Source: an uncultured Bacteroidales bacterium
GTDB lineage: Bacteria; Bacteroidota; Bacteroidia; Bacteroidales; G3-4614
Direction: 5' to 3'
DNA: 64,000 nt
Assembly: GCA_949297125.1 (NCBI GenBank)
Contig: CASFRS010000024.1
Location: forward strand, 18,596-82,595
Positions 20,447 through 29,879 of this stretch are shown one piece after another (within the stretch, counting starts at the first letter, position 1; every line of letters begins with the position of its first letter). The notes beneath the pieces are model-generated. The model worked only from the letters and a program-made list of their open reading frames with translations, was not told the DNA's origin and did not search any database. A program made the position numbers and the translations under genes.

Positions 20447-21295
20447 TTAATCTACCTGTATTACAAGGTATCTGGATGTACTCCAGAAATCCTCCGGATT
20501 GTTTATTACAAGGGTGAGGACATTGTTCTCGTCTTTCTCCAGGGTGTAGCTCCCGTCGGGGTGCGCGGTAAGCAGTTTGGCTTTCCTTGCCCCCAGGGGA
20601 ATGGTTTTCAGTTCCCTTAAATCCACTTCGGTAAAGTAGTCCTTGTTGTAGTCCCCTTTCAGCAGGTTCTTGCCGCGGGCCTCTATTATGTTCTGTTCCC
20701 TCAGTTCCTTCGATGTCCCGAAAGCGTAGAAAACCTTGTTGATTGAAGCATCCTGTTTGCTTATCATCTCGGACTGGGACGTGTTGATTTGCGACAGTGC
20801 CGTAACGGCATCGTCAAGCTCGGCAATGCGCACGTCGCGCCTGGCCAGTTCTTCCTGCAGTTCAGTAATCATTTTCCCCCGTTCCTCAATCATCTTGTCG
20901 AGACGTTCCACGCTCTCTTTAAGTTGGGCCGACTGGTTTTCGCTGTTCCTTATCCTGGCCATAAGGGCGTTTATCTTCTCTTTGTTCTCCTTGAGGGTCT
21001 TTGAGATAAGGGTCATATCTTCGGCAATCTTTTCCCTGACGCTTTTATCCAGGTCTCCGCCGCTGTTCTGTTGGACAATCAGATAGTTCTCGGCCCCTTT
21101 TATCTGGTCGAAACCTGCCTGTACCTCGTTTATGAGTTGCAGCATCTCGTCGTATTCGGCTTTTGTCTGTGCGTTTGCCAGCATCAGCGAATCATTCTGC
21201 CTCTGCAGTTCTTCGTTCGACGTATTCCCTTTCTGGCATGACGAAACGAGTATAAGCGACATCGTCAGCATAGTCCCCAACATGATTCTTTTCAT
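20447..21295 (-). CDS. coiled-coil lipoprotein, function unknown
   Basis: 282 aa. Lipoprotein signal (MLTMSLILVSSC), central heptad-rich region and a C-terminal globular part. Starts 5 nt after the rsmI stop on the same strand. Confidence 0.75.
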   Translation of the reverse strand: MKRIMLGTMLTMSLILVSSCQKGNTSNEELQRQNDSLMLANAQTKAEYDEMLQLINEVQAGFDQIKGAENYLIVQQNSGGDLDKSVREKIAEDMTLISKTLKENKEKINALMARIRNSENQSAQLKESVERLDKMIEERGKMITELQEELARRDVRIAELDDAVTALSQINTSQSEMISKQDASINKVFYAFGTSKELREQNIIEARGKNLLKGDYNKDYFTEVDLRELKTIPLGARKAKLLTAHPDGSYTLEKDENNVLTLVINNPEDFWSTSRYLVIQVD

Positions 21296-21300
21296 GGCGA

Positions 21301-22029
21301 TTACGTTTTAGTGGTTTTTTGTATGTTTGATTGGCAAATATCATTTGTGCGGTTATCATACCCTTTCCCTGCTATGATAACGACAAATTCCCCCTTGGGT
21401 TCATTCTGCGTAAAATGCTGCAGTACCTCCCCGACCGTACCACGTACGGTCTCTTCATGTATTTTGGAGATTTCCCTCGATACGGCGCAGGCCCTTTCCG
21501 CGCCGAATATCTCTGCAACCTGCGTCAGCAGTTTTACTATTCTGTACGGCGATTCGTACAGGATTATTGTCCTTGTTTCTCCGCTGAGTTCGGCCAGCCG
21601 TGAAACCCTCCCCTTTTTCTGAGGCAGGAACCCTTCAAAGCAGAACCTGTCGCATGGAAGCCCCGAGGCGACCACGGCAGGAATCAGGGCGGTGGGGCCG
21701 GGGAGGCATTCGATCTCTATCCCCGCCTTGACGCATTCCCTTGCCAGAAGGAAACCGGGGTCGGAAATGCCCGGTGTGCCGGCATCGGAAACGAGGGCTA
21801 TTTTTTCTCCCGCTGTCAGGCGTTCAATTATCCGCCCGACTGTTTTATGTTCGTTGAACTTGTGGTACGGCTGCAACTTGTTCTCTATGCCGAAATGTTT
21901 CAGCAATATGCCGCTCGTCCTGGTATCTTCGGCAAGAATCAGGTCGGCCTCTTTCAGAGTTCTGATTCCCCTTAAGGTCATATCCTCAAGGTTTCCTACC
22001 GGCGTCGGGACAATGACAAGTTTGTGCAT
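21301..22029 (-). CDS. rsmI: 16S rRNA (cytidine1402-2'-O)-methyltransferase RsmI
   Basis: The track ORF extends to 22038. I prefer the ATG at 22029 (MHKLVIVPTPVGNLEDMTLRG), which matches the usual RsmI N-terminus. Also has AEDTR and DAGTPGISDPG motifs. Confidence 0.9.
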   Translation of the reverse strand: MHKLVIVPTPVGNLEDMTLRGIRTLKEADLILAEDTRTSGILLKHFGIENKLQPYHKFNEHKTVGRIIERLTAGEKIALVSDAGTPGISDPGFLLARECVKAGIEIECLPGPTALIPAVVASGLPCDRFCFEGFLPQKKGRVSRLAELSGETRTIILYESPYRIVKLLTQVAEIFGAERACAVSREISKIHEETVRGTVGEVLQHFTQNEPKGEFVVIIAGKGYDNRTNDICQSNIQKTTKT

Positions 22030-22045
22030 ATCGTACATGTTTACG

Positions 22046-22906
22046 TTAGAAGCGGTTTTTCAGCCTTTCAAAAAAATCGGCGGCAGTAGAACCGTCTTCG
22101 GGTTCAAAATCAATAAATCCGCCAAGTACTCTCCTGCATTCGTCAAGCGAATCGGCTTTCTCCAGTTTGTCGAACAAGGAGTTCATCTCCCTTGAATCGT
22201 CGTTGAAAAGTTCCCGTTTGAACAAATACAGATCGTTTATGCTGAGCAGGCTCTTTATGCTTCCGTGTTTGCTGTTGCTTGTGCATACTGTTTCACTTGC
22301 GGCGGAAGTATGGATGCAGACAGCCGCGAATCCTGTTTCCGGCGGGAGTCCTGTACCTTCCGTATCTTTGTCCGTCTTGTCGTCATCGGCTGTAACGCGG
22401 GCATTTTCGGAGTCTTGCCCGCACTCCCCGGTGAAGAGAGTTCCTGTCATGTCAGCGTCGCTTTCAGGTTCGGGCCGGCATATGCCGTCTCCGTTCTCTC
22501 CGCTGTCCGGTGTTTCGTCTTTCAATGATGCGACAGTGTCCGGAGAAATGCCCTCTTCAGCTTCTTCCTTTTCCCGAACGGGTACTGGAGCTGCCTCTTC
22601 GCTTGCCGGGCAAACCTCTTCCGTTTCCGGTATCGCTGCGGTATCGGCATGGCAAGGTGTATTGCAACCGGCTGCTTGCGAATCCTGTTCACTCTCTTCC
22701 GTCGCCGGGTCGGGTACGCCCGGCATACTCCCGGTGCAGCAATCTTCAGCAGGCCTTTTCATCAGAAGCTGCGAGATTTCATAGCATTTCTCTGCGGCCA
22801 GATCGTATAGCAGACGGGGGGTATTGCCGCCCCCTTCCTTTATTATGCGGAGCAACTCTCCAAGCTGCTCGCATTTTTCCATTGCGCTGTCCAGCTCGTT
22901 TTTCAT
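22046..22906 (-). CDS. hypothetical acidic protein with disordered Cys/Glu/Asp/Thr-rich centre
   Basis: The track ORF begins at a TTG (22918). The first ATG is at 22906, 8 nt after the purM-like stop. Helical N- and C-terminal ends flank ~170 low-complexity acidic residues. No recognisable domain. Confidence 0.6.
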   Translation of the reverse strand: MKNELDSAMEKCEQLGELLRIIKEGGGNTPRLLYDLAAEKCYEISQLLMKRPAEDCCTGSMPGVPDPATEESEQDSQAAGCNTPCHADTAAIPETEEVCPASEEAAPVPVREKEEAEEGISPDTVASLKDETPDSGENGDGICRPEPESDADMTGTLFTGECGQDSENARVTADDDKTDKDTEGTGLPPETGFAAVCIHTSAASETVCTSNSKHGSIKSLLSINDLYLFKRELFNDDSREMNSLFDKLEKADSLDECRRVLGGFIDFEPEDGSTAADFFERLKNRF

Positions 22907-22914
22907 TGCAGTTG

Positions 22915-24081
22915 TCAATATTCAAATGTGCCGAACTCCGATTTTATTGTCAGGCGGTTTACGTCGCATGCTTCGACATGCCCAACGATGCGCGCCTCTA
23001 TACCGAAACTCCTGCTTATCGCCATAACCTCTTCGGCATGTTCGGGCGACAGGTAGATTTCCATCCTGTGTCCCATGTTGAACACCTTGTACATCTCCTT
23101 CCAGTCTGTACCGGACTGTTCCTGAATGGTCCTGAACAGCGGCGGAACAGGGAACATGTTGTCTTTAACGACCTTTACTCCGTTTACGAAATGCATCACT
23201 TTTGTCTGTGCGCCGCCCGAGCAGTGTACCATGCCATGGATTTCGGGACGCAGCGACTCGAGGACCTTCTTTATCACCGGCGCATAGGTGCGGGTGGGGG
23301 AGAGAACCAGTTTGCCGGCATCTATGCCGAGCCCCTCGATAGTGTCGGTAAGTTTCAGGTTGCCCGAATAGACCAGTTCGTCGGGAACGGCGGCATCGAA
23401 ACTTTCGGGATATTTGCCGGCAAGATATTTTGCAAAGACATCGTGCCGTGCCGAAGTCAGGCCGTTGCTGCCCATCCCGCCGTTGTACTCTTTTTCATAG
23501 GTCGCCTGTCCGAAAGAAGCAAGGCCTACTATAACGTCCCCGGGGCGGATGTTGTGGTTGGATACCACGTCCTCCCGTTTCATGCGGCAGGTTACGGTAC
23601 TGTCCACTATTATCGTCCTTACAAGATCCCCGACATCGGCGGTTTCCCCTCCTGTAAGGTAGGCGTTTACGCCGAGTGTCCTGAGTTCCGAAAGCAACTC
23701 CTCCGTGCCGTTTATTATTGTAGAGATTACCTCTCCGGGGATAAGCATCTTGTTTCTCCCTATCGTGGAGGAGACCAGGATGTTGTCGGTGGCCCCCACG
23801 CACAGCAAGTCGTCTATGTTCATTATAAGCGCATCCTGGGCAATCCCTTTCCATACGCTCAGATCGCCGGTTTCGCGCCAGTATACGTAGGCAAGGGACG
23901 ATTTCGTGCCTGCGCCGTCGGCGTGCATGATATTGCAGTATTTTTCGTCTCCGCCCAATATATCCGGGATTATTTTGCAGAAAGCTCCCGGAAACAATCC
24001 CTTGTCAATGTTCTTTATGGCATTGTGGACATCCTCTTTCGATGCCGATACCCCGCGCAAATTATATCTCTGATCGCTCAT
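22915..24081 (-). CDS. purM: AIR synthase-related protein (PurM-like phosphoribosylformylglycinamidine cyclo-ligase)
   Basis: 388 aa. 'MHADGAGTKS' N-terminal domain and a C-terminal AIRS_C-like region (VHCSGGAQTK). This is the long Bacteroidota-type PurM; the exact activity is inferred. Confidence 0.78.
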   Translation of the reverse strand: MSDQRYNLRGVSASKEDVHNAIKNIDKGLFPGAFCKIIPDILGGDEKYCNIMHADGAGTKSSLAYVYWRETGDLSVWKGIAQDALIMNIDDLLCVGATDNILVSSTIGRNKMLIPGEVISTIINGTEELLSELRTLGVNAYLTGGETADVGDLVRTIIVDSTVTCRMKREDVVSNHNIRPGDVIVGLASFGQATYEKEYNGGMGSNGLTSARHDVFAKYLAGKYPESFDAAVPDELVYSGNLKLTDTIEGLGIDAGKLVLSPTRTYAPVIKKVLESLRPEIHGMVHCSGGAQTKVMHFVNGVKVVKDNMFPVPPLFRTIQEQSGTDWKEMYKVFNMGHRMEIYLSPEHAEEVMAISRSFGIEARIVGHVEACDVNRLTIKSEFGTFEY

Positions 24082-24096
24082 AAAACCAATAAAGTA

Positions 24097-24711
24097 TTAA
24101 TTGTTGGCAACCGCATACCTTTGGAGGCGGCTGATATATTTCCCTATAATGTCAAATTCGAGGTTCACCTTACTGCCCGGTTTCAACGTGTGGAAGTTGG
24201 TGTGCCCGTAGGTATATGGTATTATCGCTACCCTGAACGAATCGTCCTTGCTGTCGCATACCGTAAGGCTTACCCCGTTTACCGTAACCGAGCCCTTTTC
24301 AACGGTCATGTACCCTTCGGCGGCTTTAGCCCTGTCAAAGTCGTATCTGAAGGTGTAGTAACGGCTGCCGTCGCATTCTTCTATGCTGTCGCACACCGCG
24401 GTCGTGTCCACATGGCCCTGAACGATATGCCCGTCCAGGCGGCCGTTCATCTGCATGCTCCTTTCTATGTTTACCTTGTCGCCGGTCTTGAGCAGCCCGA
24501 GGTTGCTCCTGTCAAGGGTCTCCTTGACTGCCGTAACCGTGTAGCAGCCGCCCCCGATTGAGACAACGGTAAGGCATACCCCGTTGTGGGCGATGCTCTG
24601 GTCTATTTTCAATTCGTCCGTAAAAGAACACCTGAGCGTTATATTCAAATTGCTGCCGTCTTTTGCAAGCGATTCGACGGTGGCGAACTCTTCAACAATT
24701 CCTGAAAACAT
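24097..24711 (-). CDS. ribE: riboflavin synthase (alpha chain)
   Basis: 204 aa. MFSGIVEE start and two lumazine-binding repeats (SIAHNGVCLTV / TVNGVSLTV). Lies 15 nt upstream of the purM-like gene. Confidence 0.93.
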   Translation of the reverse strand: MFSGIVEEFATVESLAKDGSNLNITLRCSFTDELKIDQSIAHNGVCLTVVSIGGGCYTVTAVKETLDRSNLGLLKTGDKVNIERSMQMNGRLDGHIVQGHVDTTAVCDSIEECDGSRYYTFRYDFDRAKAAEGYMTVEKGSVTVNGVSLTVCDSKDDSFRVAIIPYTYGHTNFHTLKPGSKVNLEFDIIGKYISRLQRYAVANN

Positions 24712-24830
24712 AATATGGCATATTTATTAAAACAAACTTCCGTCCATTATTTGCAGCTGCCTGTACAAGGGTGTCCCGGGCGTATGCCCCCATACCCCGT
24801 CCCGTCTGTCTGCGGCAGGTGTTTCTCCGG

Positions 24831-24838
24831 CAAAATTA
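24831..24838 (-). promoter_or_regulatory. candidate -7 box TAATTTTG (ribE-purM-rsmI-lipoprotein unit)
   Basis: Exact consensus on the minus strand, ~120 nt upstream of the ribE ATG. Confidence 0.45.
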
Positions 24839-24949
24839 CTAAAATTTGGGCAGTAAACATCTTGTTTCGGGTAATGAAATGAAAAGGGGGCATGGGTAAA
24901 TCCGGAATGTGCGTTTTTGCTTAGTACGCCGCAACTCTCCGAGGCTGCT

Positions 24950-25897
24950 TCATCCGGCATCATCGGGCAGACATCCCCTCGCATTATTTTCCTGCCCGAT
25001 GATGGCGCCCGGCGTTTTTTTAAACAGCTCCTCTCTGTATTTCCTCGGAGGAACGCCGAAATGCTTCTTTACATATTTGCCGAAAAACGAAATGTTCGGG
25101 AAATCGAGTTTGTTTGCAATTTCCTTTATGGTCATTTCCTGCTTTTTAAGCATGAACTCCACATCCCGTACCACATATTTGCCTATCAGGCTGAACGCCG
25201 TGAGTCCGCTTATGTTTTTGCATATTGCAGACAGGTATTTGGGCGTTACGTTCAAGGCATCGGCGTAGTATGTTACATCCCGTTTCTTCGGGAAAGAGGA
25301 CGAAAGCAGGTTTATGAACTCCCTGAATATGTTCTCTGCCGAGGAGAATGTGGGAGGATTCAGGATCACGAACCTCTCCAATATGTCGTGCAGTTCTATC
25401 ATGAAACTTCCCAACAGGGCGTCCATATGCTCCCTGTGGTGCCTGCCCGAAGCATCTGTCAGTTTTTTCTTCAGGAGGTTGTAATAAAGCGAGAATGTCT
25501 CAACCTCGTCATCCGTAAGGGGGAGTATGGGGTTGTTTTCAATAAACACCTTCATGTCCCAGTTCCCTCCCGAAACCATGGAGACTCTGTACAGGTACTC
25601 CTTCGACATCATGGAACAGTATCCGTCAAAATCATCGCTTGTTTCGTACTTCTCTATAAGGGTATGCGGCTGGCATATCAATATGTCGTTGGCGCCTATC
25701 TCCAGGTCCATGCCGTTGAGACGGATATAAGCCGAGCCTCTGGTACAGAGTATGGCAACGGCATTCTTTACAAGGGTGTTGTAGCTCTCTTTCTGCAGGG
25801 ACGCCAGGTTCTCTACGAAAAATATGTTCGTATCGGTATCATGCACGTATGCCGGTTCCGGAATCTCTGTTTTCTTTTTTTCCTTGTCTTTTGCCAT
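24950..25897 (-). CDS. AraC family transcriptional regulator
   Basis: 315 aa. The C-terminal double HTH (YYADALNVTPKYLSAICK...IANKLDFPNISFFGKYVKKHFGVPPRKYR) is typical of AraC/XylS. Confidence 0.88.
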   Translation of the reverse strand: MAKDKEKKKTEIPEPAYVHDTDTNIFFVENLASLQKESYNTLVKNAVAILCTRGSAYIRLNGMDLEIGANDILICQPHTLIEKYETSDDFDGYCSMMSKEYLYRVSMVSGGNWDMKVFIENNPILPLTDDEVETFSLYYNLLKKKLTDASGRHHREHMDALLGSFMIELHDILERFVILNPPTFSSAENIFREFINLLSSSFPKKRDVTYYADALNVTPKYLSAICKNISGLTAFSLIGKYVVRDVEFMLKKQEMTIKEIANKLDFPNISFFGKYVKKHFGVPPRKYREELFKKTPGAIIGQENNARGCLPDDAG

Positions 25898-26233
25898 ATT
25901 CCTGTTTTGTTGGGATTGGGATTGTGCGGATGCGACATGCGCCGTATCGTCAAAACGGCGGGGCCGTTGCGGGAAATGCCATATCCGTACGCGGCAGCAG
26001 TCTCAATTTGTCAGGCCTTCCTCTGTCTCGGCGAAGATGAAGCCCGTGTATCGTAGACGGTTGCCATATGTAAAGGTAAGCGATAAATCCGGCATTTTCA
26101 AATCGCACATCCCGGATTCAGCCGGGTTTATCCTTTTTTAACCGAAAAAGTACCGTGGAAGTATTCCTTTAAGAATATGGAGCGCGAATGTTAATTTATA
26201 TAAGTCATCCCTTTTTTTAATGGACAATATGTT

Positions 26234-26241
26234 TAAATTTG
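26234..26241 (+). promoter_or_regulatory. candidate -7 box TAAATTTG (HAD hydrolase)
   Basis: Exact consensus followed by C, 22 nt upstream of the ATG. Confidence 0.5.
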
Positions 26242-26262
26242 CATGGCTTATAAAGACAGACC

Positions 26263-26886
26263 ATGCCGATACCTGAAAACATAAAAGCTCTGCTGTTCGA
26301 CCTGGACGGGGTGATACTCGATACGGAAGCGGGCTATACCGAGTTCTGGAAAACAGAACTTCTCCCCCTTATGCCTGAAGAAGAAGATATCTTTTCAAAG
26401 ATAAAAGGGGCTACGCTGAAAGATATCCTCGACCGTTATTTCCCGATGCCGGAACAGCGGAGCAGGGTAACTGCGCTCGTGGATGATTTTGAAGGGAGGA
26501 TGAAAACGGACTATATCCCCGGTGCGGCCGAATATCTGGCAAAAGCTAAAGCTGCGGGATACAGGATTGCGCTTGTTACGAGTTCGAGCCGTAAAAAAAT
26601 GGCGAAAATATATGCGCGCTATCCCGGCTTTGAAGACCGGTTCGATGTGGCGGTTACGGCCGACGACATGCTCCGTTCCAAGCCGGACCCGTACTGTTAT
26701 CTCCTTGCCTCGGAACGTTTGGGAATTCCCCCATCGCAGTGCTGCGTATTTGAGGACTCCATATTGGGCCTGCGTGCCGGCAGGGACGCAGGCATGTATG
26801 TCGTAGGGCTTGCTACGACAAATCCGGCAGAGACGATAGCGCCTCTTGCCGACAAGGTGATAAGCGATTTTACCGTGGAGATTTGA
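26263..26886 (+). CDS. HAD-family hydrolase (beta-phosphoglucomutase-like subfamily IA)
   Basis: 207 aa. Motifs LLFDLDGVILDT, VTSS, KPDP and FEDSILGLRAG. Confidence 0.88.
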   Translation: MPIPENIKALLFDLDGVILDTEAGYTEFWKTELLPLMPEEEDIFSKIKGATLKDILDRYFPMPEQRSRVTALVDDFEGRMKTDYIPGAAEYLAKAKAAGYRIALVTSSSRKKMAKIYARYPGFEDRFDVAVTADDMLRSKPDPYCYLLASERLGIPPSQCCVFEDSILGLRAGRDAGMYVVGLATTNPAETIAPLADKVISDFTVEI

Positions 26887-26915
26887 ATGCCAAGGGCGGG
26901 TGGAAGCCCGGCATT
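26886..26915 (+). terminator. hairpin after HAD hydrolase gene
   Basis: AATGCC(AA)GGGC / GCCCGGCATT: 10-bp stem with a 2-nt bulge that overlaps the stop codon. No T-tract. Confidence 0.4.
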
Positions 26916-27023
26916 GCAGAGAAAATAACGCCGTATGCACGGATATTACCCCTTTACGTCTATATGACCGTTGCGGTTTGCCGTTGCCATATTATCTTGC
27001 ACTGACCAATAGAAAACAAAAGG

Positions 27024-28181
27024 ATGCCGCATAGAGAACAGAGCCGGACGTTCGGGACAAAAGCCGCATATTTCCTGTTATGGGCCATGATATTCATCAT
27101 GCCCGTCTGTTTCATGCTTTTCGGCAACAGGGCGAATATAACCGACTTCCGTGGCGTGGCGCATATCTCCATATTTGCATGGGCGCTTGTTGTGGTATTC
27201 GCCTTTAATTATACTATACTTATCGACCTGTACTTCTACTCAAGCAGAATCCGCTATATAGCGGTGAATATAATTCTGGTGGGGATGCTGTCGCTGATAA
27301 TGTTTGCCTGGGAGAGAATGGAATTCGATGTCCTTAGTACCGCATCGCGGGTATTCCCCGACGGCATCGATCTGGAATATGAAGGGTATGAATACATATC
27401 CCCGCTGCAGCCGAAGAACCTCCCCGATATATTCCGGCCTCTATCCCCGGTACCGCACCATATTCTGCTCTTTTTTACCGGGAAAGTCCTGCCTCTAATG
27501 CTGATGGTGGGAATGGCCATAGCGGTAAAAGCCATATACATGCTCAACAAGGCAGAACGTGAGGTGAAAGAACTGGAGCGGAGCAGGACGGAGGCCGAAC
27601 TGAAGAACCTGAGAAACCAGTTGAATCCCCATTTCCTGTTCAATACGCTGAACAACATATATGCATTGATAGATATTTCGCCCGACAAGGCCCGCAGTTC
27701 CATATTGCGGCTGAGCGACATGATGCGGCACGTATTGTACGATGACAACAAGTCCAGATATATATCCCTTACAAAGGAAATCCGCTTCATAGAAGACTAT
27801 GTGTCGCTGATGAAACTGCGGATGAACGACAATCTCGACATAAAGGTAGACCTGCCTGAAAATACCGAAGGGATTATGGTTGCCCCGCTGATGTACATCT
27901 CTCTGATTGAGAATGCCTTCAAGCACGGGGTCAGCGTTATCTCCCCCTCGTTTCTGTCGATAGAGATAAAGGTTGCCGGCGAGAAGGTTGTCTGCAGGGT
28001 GAGAAACAGTTATTTCCCCAAAGGGAAAGAAGATGACAGCGGCTCGGGCGTGGGCGTCTCCAATTTGCGCAAGAGGCTGGACCTTATATACGGCACGGAT
28101 TATGAATATGAAACAAAGCACAATGACAAAGAATATGAGGCAAAACTTATTTTGCCTGTAAAAAGGAAGGAGGAACAATAA
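27024..28181 (+). CDS. LytS/YehU-type sensor histidine kinase
   Basis: 385 aa. N-terminal TM segments, the His_kinase motif 'LNPHFLFNTLNNIYALI' and a HATPase_c region (ENAFKHG...GSGVGVSNLRKRL). Confidence 0.9.
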   Translation: MPHREQSRTFGTKAAYFLLWAMIFIMPVCFMLFGNRANITDFRGVAHISIFAWALVVVFAFNYTILIDLYFYSSRIRYIAVNIILVGMLSLIMFAWERMEFDVLSTASRVFPDGIDLEYEGYEYISPLQPKNLPDIFRPLSPVPHHILLFFTGKVLPLMLMVGMAIAVKAIYMLNKAEREVKELERSRTEAELKNLRNQLNPHFLFNTLNNIYALIDISPDKARSSILRLSDMMRHVLYDDNKSRYISLTKEIRFIEDYVSLMKLRMNDNLDIKVDLPENTEGIMVAPLMYISLIENAFKHGVSVISPSFLSIEIKVAGEKVVCRVRNSYFPKGKEDDSGSGVGVSNLRKRLDLIYGTDYEYETKHNDKEYEAKLILPVKRKEEQ

Positions 28182-28891
28182 TGCATGTAACTTGTTATAT
28201 AATAGACGATGAGCCGTTGGCTATAAAGCTGCTGGAGGGATACGTAGGGAAAACGCCGTTCCTTGAACTTAAGGGCTCGTCTTCAAATCCCGTAAAGGCT
28301 TTGGAAGAAGTGATAAAGGATGCGCCCGACCTTATATTCCTCGATATACAGATGCCCGAACTGAACGGCATAGATTTTTCCCGGATGGTCGGGAACAGGA
28401 GCAGGATAATATTTACCACAGCTTTTGAAAAATATGCAGTGGAGAGCTACAGGCTTAACGCCCTCGACTACCTGTTGAAGCCCATATCATATTCCGATTT
28501 CCTGAACGCGGCGGAAAAGGCGCTGGCGGCGAAAGGTGCCGAAGCCGGCAGCCAGTCGGTAGAGTCCATATTCGTAAAGTCCGACTACAAGCTGAAAAAG
28601 GTGGAAATAAAGGATATCCTGTATATAGAAGGGTTGAAGGATTACGTGAAAATACATACGGAAGAGAAACCCGAACCGATAACCTCGCTTATGAGCCTCA
28701 AGGGAATGGAAGAGTTGCTCCCTTCCGACAGGTTCATGCGGGTGCACCGCTCTTTCATAGTAAACATGGATAAGGTAAAGGTTATCGAGCGCAACAGGAT
28801 AGTATTCGGCAAGGTGTATATTCCCATATCCGATACGCTGAAAAACGATTTTATCAAGGCTTTGTCCAAAAGTGCCATTATATACAAATAA
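28181..28891 (+). CDS. LytR/AlgR (LytTR) family response regulator
   Basis: 236 aa. Its start overlaps the kinase stop (TAATG). Receiver (IIDDEP...LIFLDIQMPELNG) plus a LytTR DNA-binding domain (FMRVHRSFIVN). Confidence 0.92.
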   Translation: MHVTCYIIDDEPLAIKLLEGYVGKTPFLELKGSSSNPVKALEEVIKDAPDLIFLDIQMPELNGIDFSRMVGNRSRIIFTTAFEKYAVESYRLNALDYLLKPISYSDFLNAAEKALAAKGAEAGSQSVESIFVKSDYKLKKVEIKDILYIEGLKDYVKIHTEEKPEPITSLMSLKGMEELLPSDRFMRVHRSFIVNMDKVKVIERNRIVFGKVYIPISDTLKNDFIKALSKSAIIYK

Positions 28892-28897
28892 TCTTCT

Positions 28898-28905
28898 TAA
28901 CTTTG
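28898..28905 (+). promoter_or_regulatory. candidate -7 box TAACTTTG (rubredoxin)
   Basis: Exact consensus, 7 nt after the response-regulator stop and 31 nt upstream of the rubredoxin ATG. Confidence 0.5.
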
Positions 28906-28935
28906 TAAGAGTTGTTTTCCTAATAAATAAGAATT

Positions 28936-29100
28936 ATGAAGAAGTATAAATGTACAGTATGCGATTGGGTCTATGACCCCGAGGTGGGAGATCCTGAAGG
29001 CGGAATCGCGCCCGGAACAGCGTTTGAAGACATCCCCGAAGATTGGGTATGCCCGTTGTGCGGAGTGGGAAAGGATATGTTTGAAGAAGCGGAAGAGTAG
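28936..29100 (+). CDS. rubredoxin
   Basis: Not in the ORF track (54 aa). Translation is [54 protein letters not shown], with the two CxxC iron-binding knuckles and the conserved W/Y/F core. A TAacTTTG box lies 31 nt upstream. Confidence 0.92.
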   Translation: MKKYKCTVCDWVYDPEVGDPEGGIAPGTAFEDIPEDWVCPLCGVGKDMFEEAEE

Positions 29101-29318
29101 GAAATACCGCGCGCCCAGGTGCACGGCGGTTAAAATCCCGGCAGGAGAAAACCTCTGCATGTCCCGGAGAAAATACAGAAAAGGAGGAGAGCAGGCATAA
29201 AGCCGGCGCGCCTCCTTTCCTGTTATATGATACATGTGGCAGGAACTTTAACCCGTATGCCGGCAAGTCGGAACCCGACAGCCGGAATACCGGTGCTTGT
29301 CCGCCGCAGCAATGCGTT

Positions 29319-29864
29319 TCAGTTTCTCGGTATGGGTCCGTTAAGCGGGGACGGGACACCGTCCGTAGCTCTGTCCCGTTCGGCAGGGTATGACCTCGTT
29401 GCGGTAATGACGCTTCTGTTGCTGTATATGGTCCTGATAACTATCGTGCCGTCGTCGCCTGTTGAAAGGTGCGACCTGCGCGGACGGCAAAAGGGACACG
29501 GCTTGTAAAGGCAATCGGCGGTTTTCCCGGCTGCTCCGTCCATTATAAACCCTATTATGCTCCCCGGTTGCGGGGTAATGCTGCTTGCGTGCGCCCTGTC
29601 CGCAGGATTTACCATAATCATCCTGAACCTGACATTGCAGTCGTTTTCCGGGGCTTCCAATATCAGGAACATGAAATCTTCGGTTTGCCACACCCCTTCC
29701 AGTTCCGATTTTCCCGAGCTGTCGTACATCCGTCTGGCATCTTCCGGAGTAAAGACACCCTCTGTCGGTATCTTCTCCCACAGGGCCTCGCAGCCCTGCC
29801 CGGCTGCAAGCGTGCAGCAGGCCGTCAGGAGGAGGACCGCAACCGAAACTGTCTTGAAAAACAT
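29319..29864 (-). CDS. secreted/lipoprotein-like hypothetical protein
   Basis: 181 aa. Signal peptide with a possible lipobox (LLLTAC). Starts 15 nt after the stop of the upstream outer-membrane gene. The C-terminal third has odd composition, so the 3' end is uncertain. Confidence 0.55.
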   Translation of the reverse strand: MFFKTVSVAVLLLTACCTLAAGQGCEALWEKIPTEGVFTPEDARRMYDSSGKSELEGVWQTEDFMFLILEAPENDCNVRFRMIMVNPADRAHASSITPQPGSIIGFIMDGAAGKTADCLYKPCPFCRPRRSHLSTGDDGTIVIRTIYSNRSVITATRSYPAERDRATDGVPSPLNGPIPRN

Positions 29865-29879
29865 CCTCTCTCCCCTGGC

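Noticed and set aside
22510-24561. 683-aa plus-strand ORF opposite the acidic protein, purM-like and ribE genes
   Set aside because: It is codon-aligned with purM-like and ribE. It crosses three sense genes and has no promoter or motif support.
24712-24838. Possible FMN riboswitch in the ~120-nt leader of riboflavin synthase
   Set aside because: I read the minus-strand leader. It lacks the conserved RFN blocks (GGGGCAGGGTGAAATTCCC, CCGACGGT, AGTCCGGATG) and is too short. Only small local hairpins such as GGGC-ATAC-GCCC are present. A cmscan would settle this.
24917-26056. 379-aa plus-strand ORF opposite the AraC regulator
   Set aside because: It is the antisense shadow of a gene with a clear AraC double-HTH. 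It extends through the AraC promoter region without support.
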